Assembly (NCBI GenBank): GCA_944388935.1
Contig: CALXKK010000005.1
Span: 6,383-70,382, forward strand
Direction of reading: 5' to 3'
Length of the DNA: 64,000 nt
Source of the DNA: an uncultured Clostridia bacterium
Lineage (GTDB): Bacteria > Bacillota > Clostridia > TANB77 > CAG-508
Every line of letters starts with the position of its first letter. Positions within the stretch are counted from its first letter, which is position 1. This document shows positions 17,556 to 29,015 of the stretch, piece after piece. The notes under the pieces are model-generated. The model was given only the letters and a program-made list of their open reading frames with translations. It was not told the origin of the DNA and did not search any database. The translations under genes and the position numbers were made by a program.

Positions 17556-17585
17556 ACTTTGGGGACGGACCTTAAAAGTTCAAAT
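17553..17585 (+). repeat. Copy A of a conserved 24-nt element GGGACGGACCTTAAAAGTTCAAAT, embedded in a hairpin TGAACTTT/AAAGTTCA, starting at the stop codon of the upstream gene
   Basis: Identical 24-mer at 55794-55817. Related to the GGGACNGTCC terminal inverted repeats at 22264-22407. Confidence 0.7.
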
Positions 17586-17640
17586 ATTCTGTTAACCTTA
17601 ACGAGTTAATTTTCATAAACTATTATAAGTAGGTGAGTTT

Positions 17641-19062
17641 ATGAAAGTTATTGTTAAGGTTATTTTTTGTATGTACATTATTTCAAATTTACTAATTATA
17701 TTTGGAACAAATATATATGCATTAGAGCCTGCTGGAACAGTTTATGAAGGAATTGATGTTAGCGCTTACCAGGGTGTAATAGATTTTAAACAGGTAAAGG
17801 ATTCTGGAATTGATTTCGTATATATAAAGTCTAGCGAAGGTGAAAATTTAGTTGATGAATATTTTCTTAGAAATTATGAACAAGCAAGAGCAAATGGTTT
17901 AAATATTGGGTTTTATCATTATGTTGATGCTAGGACTACAGAAGAGGCAATTGCTGAAGCTGAACATTTTGCAAATACAATTGCTGGAACTGTGCCAACG
18001 TGTAAACTTGCAATGGATTTCGAAAGTTTTGGTAATTTATCCAATAGTGAGGTAAATGAAATTTCTAGGGTGTTTTTAGAAAGGGTTCGTGAGCTTACAA
18101 ATAAAGAGATGATTATTTATAGTAATACTTATTCTGCACAAACAGTTTTTAGCCAAGAGCTTGCAAATGAATATCCTTTGTGGGTAGCACAGTACTATGT
18201 AGAAAATCCATCAGACAATGGAAAATGGCAAACTTGGGAAGGTTTTCAATATACAGATAGAGGAGAAGTTCCAGGCATTAATGGCTATGTTGATAGGGAT
18301 AAATTTACAAGTGAAATATTATTGGATAGTCAAGAGGAAATACCAAATAATAACGAGGATAATGAAATTGTGGACGAAGAAAATAATGATTCAAATTACA
18401 TAAGATATACAATTCAAAGAGGTGATACATTAACTTCAATAGCTAGAAGATACAATACTACTGTTGATGAACTTGCAAGGTTAAATAATATACAAAATCC
18501 AAATAGAATTTATGCTGGTGAGACATTATTAATTCCTACAAAGAATAATTCTGTAAGTTCAGGAAGTGATGATAAAAACAATACAATATATATTGTAAGA
18601 AAAGGGGATACTTTATATGGCATTGCAAAGAGATTTAATACAACAGTAAGTAATATTGTAAATAATAACAATATTGTAAATCCAAATTTAATATATCCAG
18701 GTCAAAGATTAATTATAGCCAAAAGTACAGCTAATATTTCTACAAAATATATTACTTATACTGTAAAAAGAGGAGATAGTTTATGGAAAATTGCAAATAA
18801 ATTTAATACAACGGTAAATGAATTAGCATATATAAATGGAATAAGAAATGTAAATAGAATATATATTAACCAGAAAATAAGGATTCCAGTAAATATTGGG
18901 TTAGGAGAACATGATTCCGGACATTGCATATATACAGTTGTAAGGGGTGATACTTTGTGGTCAATAGCTAGAAGATTTGGAAAAACAGTAAATGAAATAG
19001 CAATGTTAAATCGTATACAGAATATAAATTATATCTATGTTGGACAGAAATTAAGAATATAA
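17641..19062 (+). CDS. Secreted GH25 muramidase (lysozyme) with multiple C-terminal LysM domains
   Basis: [31 protein letters not shown]...GFYHY is the GH25 catalytic region. LysM repeats [77 protein letters not shown] and [27 protein letters not shown]. Signal peptide present. Confidence 0.85.
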   Translation: MKVIVKVIFCMYIISNLLIIFGTNIYALEPAGTVYEGIDVSAYQGVIDFKQVKDSGIDFVYIKSSEGENLVDEYFLRNYEQARANGLNIGFYHYVDARTTEEAIAEAEHFANTIAGTVPTCKLAMDFESFGNLSNSEVNEISRVFLERVRELTNKEMIIYSNTYSAQTVFSQELANEYPLWVAQYYVENPSDNGKWQTWEGFQYTDRGEVPGINGYVDRDKFTSEILLDSQEEIPNNNEDNEIVDEENNDSNYIRYTIQRGDTLTSIARRYNTTVDELARLNNIQNPNRIYAGETLLIPTKNNSVSSGSDDKNNTIYIVRKGDTLYGIAKRFNTTVSNIVNNNNIVNPNLIYPGQRLIIAKSTANISTKYITYTVKRGDSLWKIANKFNTTVNELAYINGIRNVNRIYINQKIRIPVNIGLGEHDSGHCIYTVVRGDTLWSIARRFGKTVNEIAMLNRIQNINYIYVGQKLRI

Positions 19063-19188
19063 GTTAAGATTTATTGACGAAAAAAATAGTTTATTATATA
19101 CTAAAACTAGAAAAATTTTGCGAATTAAGTAAAGTAATCTATAATAAGTAAAATCTGAAAATAGTTGCAATTGTGAGGAGGAATAATT

Positions 19189-19899
19189 ATGCAAAAGATG
19201 AAAAGAAAAATAGTTTTAGTTTTAATAACATTATTTTTAGTAATAATTTGTAATAATTGTAGTTTTGCAGCTAATTCTGTAACTAATAGAGCAAGTAGCA
19301 ATACATCTCAAAGCAATTCTATATCGGACGAAGAAAATGAAACAGAAGATGAAAATGCAGTTTCAAACGAAACATCAGAAAATGAGATAATAGAAGAACA
19401 TATGGAATTAAGTTATCCAGATATAAAAGCATCAGAAAATAATTTTGGACCATTAACTATGGAGCAGGTAATAGGAGGAGCTGCCGCACTTATAGCTTTA
19501 GTTGGAATTATTCTTGCTATTTCTTTATATGCAAGAAGTAGAGAAGATTATGAAGATGATTGGAATTATGAACCAGAGAATAATTTAGAAGTTCCAGATA
19601 GCGAAGAGCCAAAAGCAATTAAAGAACTTAAAAAGGAAGAAAATATTGAACAACCAAAAGCTGTACAAGAAATGGAAGACCAGAAAAAAATAGAAGAAAT
19701 AAAAAAAGCAAGAGAAGAAGAAAATAAAGATAATATAAATGAAATTCAAAAAGAAACTGATGTGGACGAAAATAAAGAAGATACTAATTCATTTAATTAT
19801 AAACATCAAAAGGCATTAGATGATTTCTATAATTATGCCGAAGAAATAAAAAAAGAAGAAAAGAAACCAAAAAGAGGAAAAGGAAAACATTCAATGTAA
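19189..19899 (+). CDS. Hypothetical acidic low-complexity protein with signal peptide and one internal TM helix
   Basis: Signal peptide. E/N/S-rich ectodomain. TM helix GGAAALIALVGIILAISLY. K/E-rich cytoplasmic tail. No LPXTG motif. Confidence 0.5.
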   Translation: MQKMKRKIVLVLITLFLVIICNNCSFAANSVTNRASSNTSQSNSISDEENETEDENAVSNETSENEIIEEHMELSYPDIKASENNFGPLTMEQVIGGAAALIALVGIILAISLYARSREDYEDDWNYEPENNLEVPDSEEPKAIKELKKEENIEQPKAVQEMEDQKKIEEIKKAREEENKDNINEIQKETDVDENKEDTNSFNYKHQKALDDFYNYAEEIKKEEKKPKRGKGKHSM

Positions 19900-20036
19900 A
19901 AAATGCTACCAAATTGGTAGCTTTTTCTATTTGTAAAAAAAACAGAGATTTTAAGAAACGTACTTAAATCCCTGTTTACAATATCATAAATCTGTTATAT
20001 AATAAGGCCAAATTGAAACAAGAAAGGGAGATATAA

Positions 20037-21524
20037 ATGGATAATAATGTTAATTATGAAGAAGACATAAACAAACTAATGAAAATTAGAAGAGAAAAGT
20101 TAGATGAATTAAGAAAAGAAGGAAAAGATCCATTTGAAATAACAAAATATGATAGAACAGAAACTGCAGGACAAATTAAAGCAAATTATGATGAATACGA
20201 GCAAAAAGATGTATCTGTAGCAGGTAGAATTATTGCAAAGAGAATTATGGGTAAGGCTTCATTCTGTACTATACAAGATAGCGATGAAAAAATCCAAAGT
20301 TATGTAAGTATAAACGATTTAGGAGAAGAAAGTTATAAAGAATTTAAAACTTATGACATTGGAGATATCATTGGAATAAAAGGTTTTGTATTTAAAACAA
20401 GAACTGGAGAAATATCTGTTCACGCAAAAGAAATAACATTACTATCTAAATCTTTAAGACCATTACCAGAAAAATTCCATGGCTTAAAAGATGTTGATTT
20501 AAGATACAGACAAAGATATGTAGATTTAATAATGAATCCAGAAGTAAAAGAAACATTTATTAAAAGAACTCAAATAATAAATGAAATAAGAAATATATTA
20601 AATGAAAAAGGATATTTAGAGGTTGAAACACCAATATTAAATACAATATCAGGAGGAGCAACAGCAAGACCATTTATAACACATCACAATACTTTAGATA
20701 TAGATATGTATTTAAGAATAGCAACAGAATTAAACTTAAAAAGACTTATAGTTGGTGGATACGATAAAGTTTACGAAATAGGAAGAATATTTAGAAATGA
20801 AGGTATGGATATAAGACACAACCCAGAATTTACTTCAATAGAATTCTATGCAGCATATCAAAATTATCATGATATGATGGATATTACAGAAGAAATATTC
20901 CAAAAATGTGCTATGAAAGTTTGTGGAACAACTAAGATTACATATCAAGGAACAGAAATTGAGTTAGGTGGAAAATGGAAAAGAATTAGTATGATTGACA
21001 GTATAAAAGAAGCAACAGGTGTTGATTTCAATACTATTAATTCAGACGAAGAAGCAGTGGCATTAGCTAAAGAAAGAAATCTAGAAATTCCAAAAGGAAA
21101 AGAAACAAGAGGAAATGTTATTAGTATATTCTTCGATGAATATGTAGAAAAAACATTAGTACAACCTACATTTATCTATGATTATCCAATAGAAATATCA
21201 CCACTTGCTAAAAAATGTAAAGAAGATCCTCGTTTAACACAAAGATTTGAAGTATTTATAGATGGACGTGAATATGGAAATGCATTCTCAGAGTTAAACG
21301 ACCCAATGGATCAATATGAAAGATTTAAAGAAGAAATAAGAGCAAGAGAAAATGGTGATGACGAAGCAGGAATGATGGATGAGGATTATATTAATGCTCT
21401 AGAATATGGAATGCCACCTACAGGAGGGGAAGGAATAGGAATAGATAGATTAGTAATGTTACTTACAGATGCTGCATCAATAAGAGATGTATTATTCTTC
21501 CCAACAATGAAACCATTAAATTAA
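20037..21524 (+). CDS. lysS: Lysyl-tRNA synthetase (class II)
   Basis: 495 aa with class II motifs FRNEGMD..HNPEFT..EFY and [15 protein letters not shown]. Promoter TTTACA-17-TATAAT upstream. Confidence 0.95.
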   Translation: MDNNVNYEEDINKLMKIRREKLDELRKEGKDPFEITKYDRTETAGQIKANYDEYEQKDVSVAGRIIAKRIMGKASFCTIQDSDEKIQSYVSINDLGEESYKEFKTYDIGDIIGIKGFVFKTRTGEISVHAKEITLLSKSLRPLPEKFHGLKDVDLRYRQRYVDLIMNPEVKETFIKRTQIINEIRNILNEKGYLEVETPILNTISGGATARPFITHHNTLDIDMYLRIATELNLKRLIVGGYDKVYEIGRIFRNEGMDIRHNPEFTSIEFYAAYQNYHDMMDITEEIFQKCAMKVCGTTKITYQGTEIELGGKWKRISMIDSIKEATGVDFNTINSDEEAVALAKERNLEIPKGKETRGNVISIFFDEYVEKTLVQPTFIYDYPIEISPLAKKCKEDPRLTQRFEVFIDGREYGNAFSELNDPMDQYERFKEEIRARENGDDEAGMMDEDYINALEYGMPPTGGEGIGIDRLVMLLTDAASIRDVLFFPTMKPLN

Positions 21525-21540
21525 CAAAGGAGAGAAAAGA

Positions 21541-22266
21541 ATGTTTTATTTTCCAGGAGGAAGTAGCTATTTATATATAATATTATTAATTATGGTAATT
21601 ACTAATATTATGACTGGGGGAGTAAGTTTATTAGGCATACTATTGAGTTTGCCGGGAGTTTTAATTGCTATAACTTTTCACGAATATGCGCATGCTTTAG
21701 CAGCGGTAAAATTAGGTGATGAAACTCCTAGAATGCAAGGAAGACTTAGCCTAAATCCTTTATCACATTTAGATCCAATTGGTATTATAATGCTTATATT
21801 TGCACATATTGGTTGGGGTAAACCTGTAGAGATAAATCCTAGAAATTTTAAAGGAAGAATATCTACTACTGCTGCTGAGGCGATAGTCTCAATAGCGGGA
21901 CCACTTATGAATTTTATATTGGCAATTGTATTTTCTATAATACTGGCAGCGCTTACAAAATTCGTTCCAGCCATATGGGCTACAGCTCAGGGAGTAATAG
22001 CAACAATCTTAGCAGATATTATTATTGTTAATATAGGATTGGGAGTATTTAATTTAATACCATTACCACCATTAGATGGATCAAAAGTATTAGCATATTT
22101 TTTACCAGTAAATGCAAGAAGATGGTTTTATGAACATGAAAATATATTTTATATAGCATTTATAATAATTTGGCTAACGCCAATTGCATCAAGAATCACT
22201 TCACCAATAATAAATGGAATATTACAATTCTTCTTAAATATAAGTTTTAAGATATTTGGATTATAG
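21541..22266 (+). CDS. Site-2 protease family (peptidase M50) membrane metalloprotease
   Basis: HEYAHAL (HExxH) motif in a TM segment. Polytopic membrane protein. Confidence 0.8.
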   Translation: MFYFPGGSSYLYIILLIMVITNIMTGGVSLLGILLSLPGVLIAITFHEYAHALAAVKLGDETPRMQGRLSLNPLSHLDPIGIIMLIFAHIGWGKPVEINPRNFKGRISTTAAEAIVSIAGPLMNFILAIVFSIILAALTKFVPAIWATAQGVIATILADIIIVNIGLGVFNLIPLPPLDGSKVLAYFLPVNARRWFYEHENIFYIAFIIIWLTPIASRITSPIINGILQFFLNISFKIFGL

Positions 22267-22407
22267 GGATTGGGGGACTGTCCAAAAATCCCGGTTTTAT
22301 CCGGGATTTTTGGGCAGTCCTTTTCTGTGTACTTAATATTTTTTGTTGTGTAAGGACTGCTCTTTTTTCCATAAACAGGGAAAAAAGGACCGTCCCTGAA
22401 TCCCTAC
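22264..22407. mobile_element. MITE-like 144-bp element with about 20-bp terminal inverted repeats (TAGGGATTGGGGGACTGTCC / GGACCGTCCCTGAATCCCTA) and internal near-perfect 20-bp hairpin
   Basis: Left end 22264-22283. Right end 22387-22407, whose reverse complement reads TAGGGATTCAGGGACGGTCC. Internal hairpin 22275-22320 (GGACTGTCCAAAAATCCCGG / CCGGGATTTTTGGGCAGTCC) followed by a T-run also serves as the protease-gene terminator. Second internal hairpin 22354-22395. Confidence 0.5.
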
Positions 22408-22475
22408 AAAGTTTAAATCCCTTTACTTATAAGTAAAAAAATGTTATACTTTTAAGCGAATAAAAGGAGTAAAAA

Positions 22476-23465
22476 ATGAAAGATATAATAATTTTAGGAA
22501 TAGAATCTAGTTGTGACGAAACTTCTGTAGCTGTTGTAAAAAATGGTAGAGAAGTTTTATCTAATGTAATAAATACACAAATAAGTATTCATGAGTTATA
22601 TGGTGGAGTTGTACCAGAGATAGCTTCAAGAAATCATGTACAAAATATTTCTCCTGTAATGAAAGAAGCAATAAAAGAAGCTAATATAAAAATAGAAGAT
22701 GTAGATGCAATAGCTTGCACATATGGACCAGGATTAGTTGGAGCCTTATTAGTTGGAGTGTCATACGCCAAGGCTTTAAGCTATGCTGCAAATAAACCAC
22801 TAATTGGTGTAAATCATATTCAAGGTCATATAGCTGCAAACTATATAACTTATAAAGATTTAAAACCACCATTTTTAACTTTACTAATATCTGGTGGAAA
22901 TACACAATTGGTATTAGTAAAGGATTATACAGAATTCGAGATATTGGGCAAAACCAAAGATGATGCAGTTGGAGAAGCTTTTGATAAAATAGCAAGAGTA
23001 ATAGGACTTGGATATCCAGGGGGACCAAAGATGGATAAGCTTGCACAGGAAGGAACTCCAAATATAGAGTTACCAAAAGTTCATGTTGATGGCTTAAATT
23101 TTAGCTTTAGTGGACTTAAAACTGCAATAATTAATTTGCATCATAAAACTCCTGATATAAATAAAGCAGATTTGGCAGCAAGTTTTGAAAAAGATGTAGC
23201 AGAAATTTTATTAGAGAATACAAAAAAAGCTGTTAAACAGACTAATATAAGAAAAATAGCTTTAGCAGGTGGTGTATCTGCAAACAGCTATATAAGAAAG
23301 GCATTTAAAGAATTAGAAGAAAAAGAACAAATACAAGTATATTATCCAGAACTTAAATTATGCACAGATAATGCTGCAATGATAGCATCTGCGGGTTATT
23401 ATAATTATTTAAAAGGCAATTTTTCAGATTTAAAATTAAATGCTGTACCAAACTTAAAATTATAA
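22476..23465 (+). CDS. tsaD: tRNA N6-adenosine threonylcarbamoyltransferase TsaD
   Basis: [21 protein letters not shown]... and GVSAN motifs. Length of 329 aa is typical. Confidence 0.9.
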   Translation: MKDIIILGIESSCDETSVAVVKNGREVLSNVINTQISIHELYGGVVPEIASRNHVQNISPVMKEAIKEANIKIEDVDAIACTYGPGLVGALLVGVSYAKALSYAANKPLIGVNHIQGHIAANYITYKDLKPPFLTLLISGGNTQLVLVKDYTEFEILGKTKDDAVGEAFDKIARVIGLGYPGGPKMDKLAQEGTPNIELPKVHVDGLNFSFSGLKTAIINLHHKTPDINKADLAASFEKDVAEILLENTKKAVKQTNIRKIALAGGVSANSYIRKAFKELEEKEQIQVYYPELKLCTDNAAMIASAGYYNYLKGNFSDLKLNAVPNLKL

Positions 23466-23484
23466 TTTAGAAAGAGGATGAAAA

Positions 23485-24177
23485 ATGTCAATATATGCAA
23501 TATCAGACTTACATTTGTCTTTTAATGCAGATAAGCCAATGGATGTATTTGGCTGGAAGGATTACGAAAATAAAATTAAAGAAAATTGGAATAAAACAAT
23601 AACAGAAAATGATTTAGTAATTTTAGGTGGAGATTTTTCGTGGTCAATGAAATTAGAAGACACATATAAAGATTTTGAATTTATACATAATTTGCCAGGC
23701 AAAAAACTGTTATTAAAAGGTAATCATGATTATTGGTGGGGAACACTAACAAGCATGAGAAAATATATTAAAGATATAGGGTTTAATGATATAGATTTTA
23801 TATACAATAATAGTTATGAATTCGAAGATAGAATTATTTGTGGTACCCGAGGCTGGGGATTTGGAGAAGATATACAAGAAGATGATGAAAAAATATATAA
23901 CAGAGAAAAACAAAGATTAAGATTATCAATAGAAGATGGAATAAATAAATATGGAAAAGATAAAGAAATTATAGTATGTTTACATTATCCACCAATAAAG
24001 ACAGATGAAATATCAGACTTTGTAAGAATAATGGAAGAATACAATGTAAAGAAATGTTTATATGGTCATTTGCATGGACCAGCACATAGATTTGTAGTAG
24101 AAAAAAATATTGATGGAATAGAATATATTATGATAAGTTGTGATTATACAAACTATAAACTTGTAAAAATATATTAA
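23485..24177 (+). CDS. Calcineurin-like metallophosphoesterase
   Basis: DLHLS...GGDF...GNHDYW...LHGPAH metal-binding motifs. Confidence 0.8.
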   Translation: MSIYAISDLHLSFNADKPMDVFGWKDYENKIKENWNKTITENDLVILGGDFSWSMKLEDTYKDFEFIHNLPGKKLLLKGNHDYWWGTLTSMRKYIKDIGFNDIDFIYNNSYEFEDRIICGTRGWGFGEDIQEDDEKIYNREKQRLRLSIEDGINKYGKDKEIIVCLHYPPIKTDEISDFVRIMEEYNVKKCLYGHLHGPAHRFVVEKNIDGIEYIMISCDYTNYKLVKIY

Positions 24178-24324
24178 AAGGAAGAATAAAAAGTGACATA
24201 AAAAAGCAATAAATGTAAAATTATTGTAATATTTATTCTTAAATGACTTGCAATTCACATAATTTATGATATAATAGGAAAGCATGAAAATCTATAAACG
24301 AATTAATTGAAAGGATTGAAATAA

Positions 24325-25608
24325 ATGAGTATTAAAGTAGAAAAAACAGACAATAAAAATGAATTAAAATTAGAATTTACAATTGAAGCTGAAAAATTTG
24401 AAAATGCAATGAAAAAAGTATATTTCCAAACAGCTAAATATTTTAATGTACCAGGATTTAGAAAAGGTAAAGCTCCAATGAAAATAGTAGAAAAATACTA
24501 TGGAGAAAGTATTTTCTATGAAGATGCTTTTAACGAAATATTAAAAGAAGAATATGATAAAGAACTAGAAGCTAACGACATTACAGCTGTAAGTTATCCA
24601 GAATTTGATATTAAACAAATGGAAAAAGGAAAAGATTTAATATTTACAGCAACTGTTCAAGTAAAACCAGAAGTTAAATTAGGAAAATATAAAGGTATAG
24701 AACTTAAAAAAGTAGAGTATACTGTAAAAGATGAAGATATAGAGCATGAATTAGGACATATGCAAGAAAGAAATTCTAGAATGGTTACAGTTGATGATAA
24801 ACCAGTAGAAAAAGGTAATGTTGCAGTAATAGATTTCGAAGGATTTGTAGACGGAAAAGCTTTCGAAGGTGGTAAAGCAGAAGGATATGAATTAGAAATA
24901 GGAAGCAACACATTTATTCCTGGATTTGAAGACCAAATAATAGGAATGAAGACTGGAGAAGAAAAAGATGTAAAAGTTAAATTCCCAGATGAATACTTCT
25001 CTAAAGACTTAGCAGGAAAAGATGCTACATTTAAAGTAAAAGTTAACGAAATAGAGAAAAAAGAATTACCTGAATTAGATGATGAATTTGCAAAAGATGT
25101 TAGTGAATTCGATACATTGGATGAATTAAAAGCTAGCATAAAAGAAAAATTAGAAAAAGAAAATGAAGAAAAAGCAAAATACGAAACACAAGATGCTGCA
25201 GTAAAAGCAGTTTGTGATAATACAGAAATTGATATTCCATCAGGAATGATAGAATCAGAAATAGACAACATGGAAAATGATATGAAACAAAGATTACAAT
25301 ATCAAGGTTTAACATTAGATAACTACTTAAAAATGGTAGGAAAAACAGAACAAGAATTTAGAAAAGATTATGAAGAGCAAGCAAAACAATCTGTTAAATC
25401 AAGATTAGTAATTGAAGCTGTTGTAAAAGCAGAAAAAATAGAAGCGGATGAAAAAGACATAAAAGAAAAAATCGAAGAAATGGCTAAAAATTATGGAAAA
25501 GAAGCAAAAGAATTAGAAGGAAATGAAGCTTTGAAAAATTACATAAAGGGTAGCCTAGAAACAGAAAAAGCAATAGAATTCTTAGTAAAAAATGCAAAAA
25601 TGAAATAA
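24325..25608 (+). CDS. tig: Trigger factor (ribosome-associated chaperone/PPIase)
   Basis: 427 aa. N-terminal GFRKGKAP ribosome-binding motif. FKBP-type middle domain. Confidence 0.95.
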   Translation: MSIKVEKTDNKNELKLEFTIEAEKFENAMKKVYFQTAKYFNVPGFRKGKAPMKIVEKYYGESIFYEDAFNEILKEEYDKELEANDITAVSYPEFDIKQMEKGKDLIFTATVQVKPEVKLGKYKGIELKKVEYTVKDEDIEHELGHMQERNSRMVTVDDKPVEKGNVAVIDFEGFVDGKAFEGGKAEGYELEIGSNTFIPGFEDQIIGMKTGEEKDVKVKFPDEYFSKDLAGKDATFKVKVNEIEKKELPELDDEFAKDVSEFDTLDELKASIKEKLEKENEEKAKYETQDAAVKAVCDNTEIDIPSGMIESEIDNMENDMKQRLQYQGLTLDNYLKMVGKTEQEFRKDYEEQAKQSVKSRLVIEAVVKAEKIEADEKDIKEKIEEMAKNYGKEAKELEGNEALKNYIKGSLETEKAIEFLVKNAKMK

Positions 25609-25816
25609 AGTAAAAATCATAGTTTAGTAAAAAGAATAAAATGTAATAATAAGGGGAGTTTAATATGTAATTATTAAGCTCCTAAATTTTTCTAACGGTA
25701 AATTTACTATATTGTCGAAACAAAACAAAAGATTTATATACAATTTAATTAAAAAGTTTGCATTTATATAAAATATGATATAAAATAATGTAAGTTTTCA
25801 AAGGAGGAATTTTAAT

Positions 25817-26434
25817 ATGGATAAAAAAGGATTAAATAGTTTAGTACCATATGTAATAGAACAAACAAGCAGAGGCGAAAGATCATACGATATATTTTCT
25901 AGATTATTAAAAGATAGAATTATATTCTTAGGAGAACAAGTAGATAGTTCATCTGCAAGTGTTGTAATAGCACAATTGTTATTCTTAGAATCAGAAGATC
26001 CAGAAAAGGAAATACATTTATACATAAATAGCCCAGGAGGATCTATAACAGATGGAATGGCTATTGTAGATACAATGAATTATATTTCTTGCCCAGTTTC
26101 TACAATTTGTGTTGGTTTAGCTGCAAGTTTTGGTGCAGTTTTACTAGCAAATGGAGAAAAAGGTAAAAGATTTGCAACACCAAATTCAGAAATATTAATT
26201 CACCAACCATTAATTGGTGGTCAAGGTGGAGGTGTTTCTGGTCAAGCAACAGAAATAAAGATAGTTTCAGATCACATGATGAAAACTAGAGAAAAATTAA
26301 ACAGATTACTAAGTGAAAAGACAGGTCAACCAATAGAAGTAATTAATAGAGATACAGAAAGAGATCATTACATGACAGCTGAGGAAGCATTAGAATATGG
26401 ACTTATAGATGGAATTATGGATAAAAGAAAATAA
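25817..26434 (+). CDS. clpP: ATP-dependent Clp protease proteolytic subunit
   Basis: Catalytic triad context [11 protein letters not shown] (Ser), IHQP (His) and [10 protein letters not shown] (Asp). Confidence 0.95.
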   Translation: MDKKGLNSLVPYVIEQTSRGERSYDIFSRLLKDRIIFLGEQVDSSSASVVIAQLLFLESEDPEKEIHLYINSPGGSITDGMAIVDTMNYISCPVSTICVGLAASFGAVLLANGEKGKRFATPNSEILIHQPLIGGQGGGVSGQATEIKIVSDHMMKTREKLNRLLSEKTGQPIEVINRDTERDHYMTAEEALEYGLIDGIMDKRK

Positions 26435-26477
26435 ATAAGTTGCTAAAGATAACATAAAAAAGAAGGAGCGTTTTATT

Positions 26478-27797
26478 ATGCAAAAAAACGATAATAATAA
26501 AAATATCAGATGCTCATTTTGTGGAAAAACACAGGATAGTGTAGAGAAAATAGTAGCAGGACCAGGTGTATATATATGTAATGAATGTATACAAGTATGT
26601 TCAAACATAATAGAAAATGAGTATTATGAAGATGAAGACGATTTATATACAACGGTAGATGAAGATGTTGTACCTACACCAGAAGAAATAAAAAAAGTTT
26701 TAGATGAATATGTAATAGGACAAGAAGAAGCTAAGAAAACGCTTTCTGTAGCGGTATATAATCACTATAAAAGAATAAATAATGAAGACGAAAAAAACAA
26801 CAAAGATGATGTAGAAATAAAGAAAAGTAATATCTTACTTTTAGGTCCAACTGGTTGTGGAAAAACATTACTTGCACAAACTTTAGCTAAAATATTAAAT
26901 GTTCCATTTGCAATAGCTGATGCAACTACTTTAACAGAAGCTGGATATGTAGGAGAAGATGTAGAAAATATTTTATTAAAATTAATTCAAGCTGCAGATT
27001 ATGATATACAAAAAGCAGAAAGAGGAATTATATATATAGATGAAATAGACAAAATATCAAGAAAATCAGAGAACCCATCTATAACAAGAGATGTAAGCGG
27101 TGAAGGAGTTCAACAAGCTTTATTAAAAATAATAGAAGGAACTGTAGCATCCGTTCCACCACAAGGTGGAAGAAAACATCCACATCAAGAGCTAATACAA
27201 ATAAATACAGAAAACATCTTATTTATTTGTGGTGGTGCTTTTGAAGGTCTAGAGAAAATAATAGACCAAAGAACAGGCAAAAAGACAATAGGTTTTGGAG
27301 CTGAAAAGAAAGAACTAGTAAAGAAAAATAAAACAGAAATCTTTAAAGAATTACTACCACAAGATTTATTAAAATTTGGTTTAATACCAGAGTTTGTAGG
27401 AAGATTGCCAATTGTAACTACTTTGGAAGAACTGGATAAAAACGCATTAATAAAAATATTAACAGAGCCAAAGAATTCTTTAGTAAAACAATACAAAAAA
27501 TTATTAGCAATGGATGGTGTAGAATTAGAATTCGAACCAGAGGCAATAGAAGCAATAGTTGATAAAGCAATAGAAAGAAAGACTGGAGCGAGAGGTTTAC
27601 GTTCTATTATAGAAGAGATTATGAGGGATATTATGTTTGATATACCATCAAATCCTAAAATAGAAAAATGTATAGTAACTAAAGAAAATGTTATGGGAAT
27701 ATCAAAGCCTAAAATAATAATTAATGAAAATAAAGAACCAAAAAAGCAAGTTGTTAAAAGAAGAAAAATACAACCAAACGAAATAGAAACAGCTTAA
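26478..27797 (+). CDS. clpX: ATP-dependent Clp protease ATP-binding subunit ClpX
   Basis: N-terminal C4 zinc finger CSFCGK...CNEC. Walker [12 protein letters not shown] loop region. Confidence 0.95.
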   Translation: MQKNDNNKNIRCSFCGKTQDSVEKIVAGPGVYICNECIQVCSNIIENEYYEDEDDLYTTVDEDVVPTPEEIKKVLDEYVIGQEEAKKTLSVAVYNHYKRINNEDEKNNKDDVEIKKSNILLLGPTGCGKTLLAQTLAKILNVPFAIADATTLTEAGYVGEDVENILLKLIQAADYDIQKAERGIIYIDEIDKISRKSENPSITRDVSGEGVQQALLKIIEGTVASVPPQGGRKHPHQELIQINTENILFICGGAFEGLEKIIDQRTGKKTIGFGAEKKELVKKNKTEIFKELLPQDLLKFGLIPEFVGRLPIVTTLEELDKNALIKILTEPKNSLVKQYKKLLAMDGVELEFEPEAIEAIVDKAIERKTGARGLRSIIEEIMRDIMFDIPSNPKIEKCIVTKENVMGISKPKIIINENKEPKKQVVKRRKIQPNEIETA

Positions 27798-27973
27798 AAA
27801 GGCAGAATAGAAGGAAGTTAAAATGTGATAAAATATTAGGCACAAAGCTTAATACTTTGCATATCTAAAATCCTTCTATTTTTTATGGTGCATAAGTTGA
27901 AAAAAAAATTGAATTGTGATATATATAGACTTACAAATAATTGGTAAAATATAACGAGAAAAAGAGAAAAAAT

Positions 27974-29005
27974 ATGAAGAATATAAAAGATTATAATTTA
28001 GAAGAATTAAAGAAAGAATTTCAAGAATTAGGAGAAAAGCCATATAGAGCAGAGCAAGTTTTTATGTGGTTATATAGAGAAAAAGTAAAAGATTTTGATG
28101 AAATGACTAATATATCAAAAGAATTAAGACAAAAATTACAAGATAATTATAGTATGTGTAATTTTAAGATTGCAAAAAAATTAGTCTCAAAAGATGGAAC
28201 CAAAAAATATTTATTTGATGTATTAGATGGTAATATGATAGAAACAGTTTTAATGGAATATCATCATGGAAAAACTTTATGTGTTTCTTCACAAATAGGA
28301 TGTAAAATGGGTTGCAAATTCTGTGCTTCAACAGGAATACCATTTGTTAGAAATTTAACTTCTGGCGAAATTGTAGAACAAATATTAGCAGTAGAGCAAG
28401 AAGAAAATACAAAGATATCAAATGTTGTTTTCATGGGAATTGGTGAGCCTTTTGATAATTTTGATAATGTTATAAATGCAATTGGAATATTAAATAATCC
28501 TAAAGGATTGAATATTGGGGCAAGACATATAAGTATTTCTACTAGTGGAATAGTACCAAAGATTTATGAGCTAGCAGATAAAAAAATACAATGTACTTTG
28601 TCAATATCATTACACGCAACAAACGATAAAAAGAGAAGTGAAATGATGCCCGTAAATAATGCATACCCAATAGAAGAGCTAATGAAAGCTTGTAATTATT
28701 ACATAGAAAAAACGAATAAAAGAATTTCATTTGAATATGCACTAGCTAAGGATAATAATGATAATTTGGAAGATGCTAAAGAATTAGTAAAATTATTACA
28801 TGGAATGTTAGCACATGTAAATTTAATTCCAATTAATAAGATAGAAAATGGTAAATTTGTAAAATCTACAGATAAAAATATAATAAGATTCAGGGATTAT
28901 TTAAATGATCATGGAATTGTAGCAACTATAAGAAGAGAGTTAGGCTCAGATATAGAGGCTGCTTGTGGACAATTAAGAAGAAAGACGATAGAAGAAAAAC
29001 GTTAG
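27974..29005 (+). CDS. rlmN: 23S rRNA (adenine2503-C2)-methyltransferase RlmN, radical SAM
   Basis: CxxxCxxC motif CKMGCKFC. C-terminal catalytic Cys CGQL. ATG 27974 is preferred over the upstream TTG given in the ORF track. Confidence 0.85.
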   Translation: MKNIKDYNLEELKKEFQELGEKPYRAEQVFMWLYREKVKDFDEMTNISKELRQKLQDNYSMCNFKIAKKLVSKDGTKKYLFDVLDGNMIETVLMEYHHGKTLCVSSQIGCKMGCKFCASTGIPFVRNLTSGEIVEQILAVEQEENTKISNVVFMGIGEPFDNFDNVINAIGILNNPKGLNIGARHISISTSGIVPKIYELADKKIQCTLSISLHATNDKKRSEMMPVNNAYPIEELMKACNYYIEKTNKRISFEYALAKDNNDNLEDAKELVKLLHGMLAHVNLIPINKIENGKFVKSTDKNIIRFRDYLNDHGIVATIRRELGSDIEAACGQLRRKTIEEKR

Positions 29006-29015
29006 AGGTGATAAA

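Noticed and set aside
19900-20036. Possible T-box or lysine riboswitch upstream of lysS.
   Set aside because: The intergenic region is only about 135 nt and is accounted for by a terminator and a TTTACA-17-TATAAT promoter. No T-box or L-box conserved sequence is present.
24657-25271. 204-aa minus-strand ORF (and several similar: 1933-2382, 3554-3892, 30977-31306, 37173-37637, 58057-58485, 61256-61684).
   Set aside because: Fully embedded antisense to well-supported genes (tig, the coiled-coil gene, deoB, prkC, recG, murB, the GDE gene). They have Ser/Phe/Leu-rich composition typical of the reverse frame of AT-rich coding DNA, and no RBS.
25610-25816. CtsR operator (GGTCAAA-N3-GGTCAAA) upstream of clpP.
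   Set aside because: No heptad direct repeat is found, only the tig terminator and an AT-rich promoter region.
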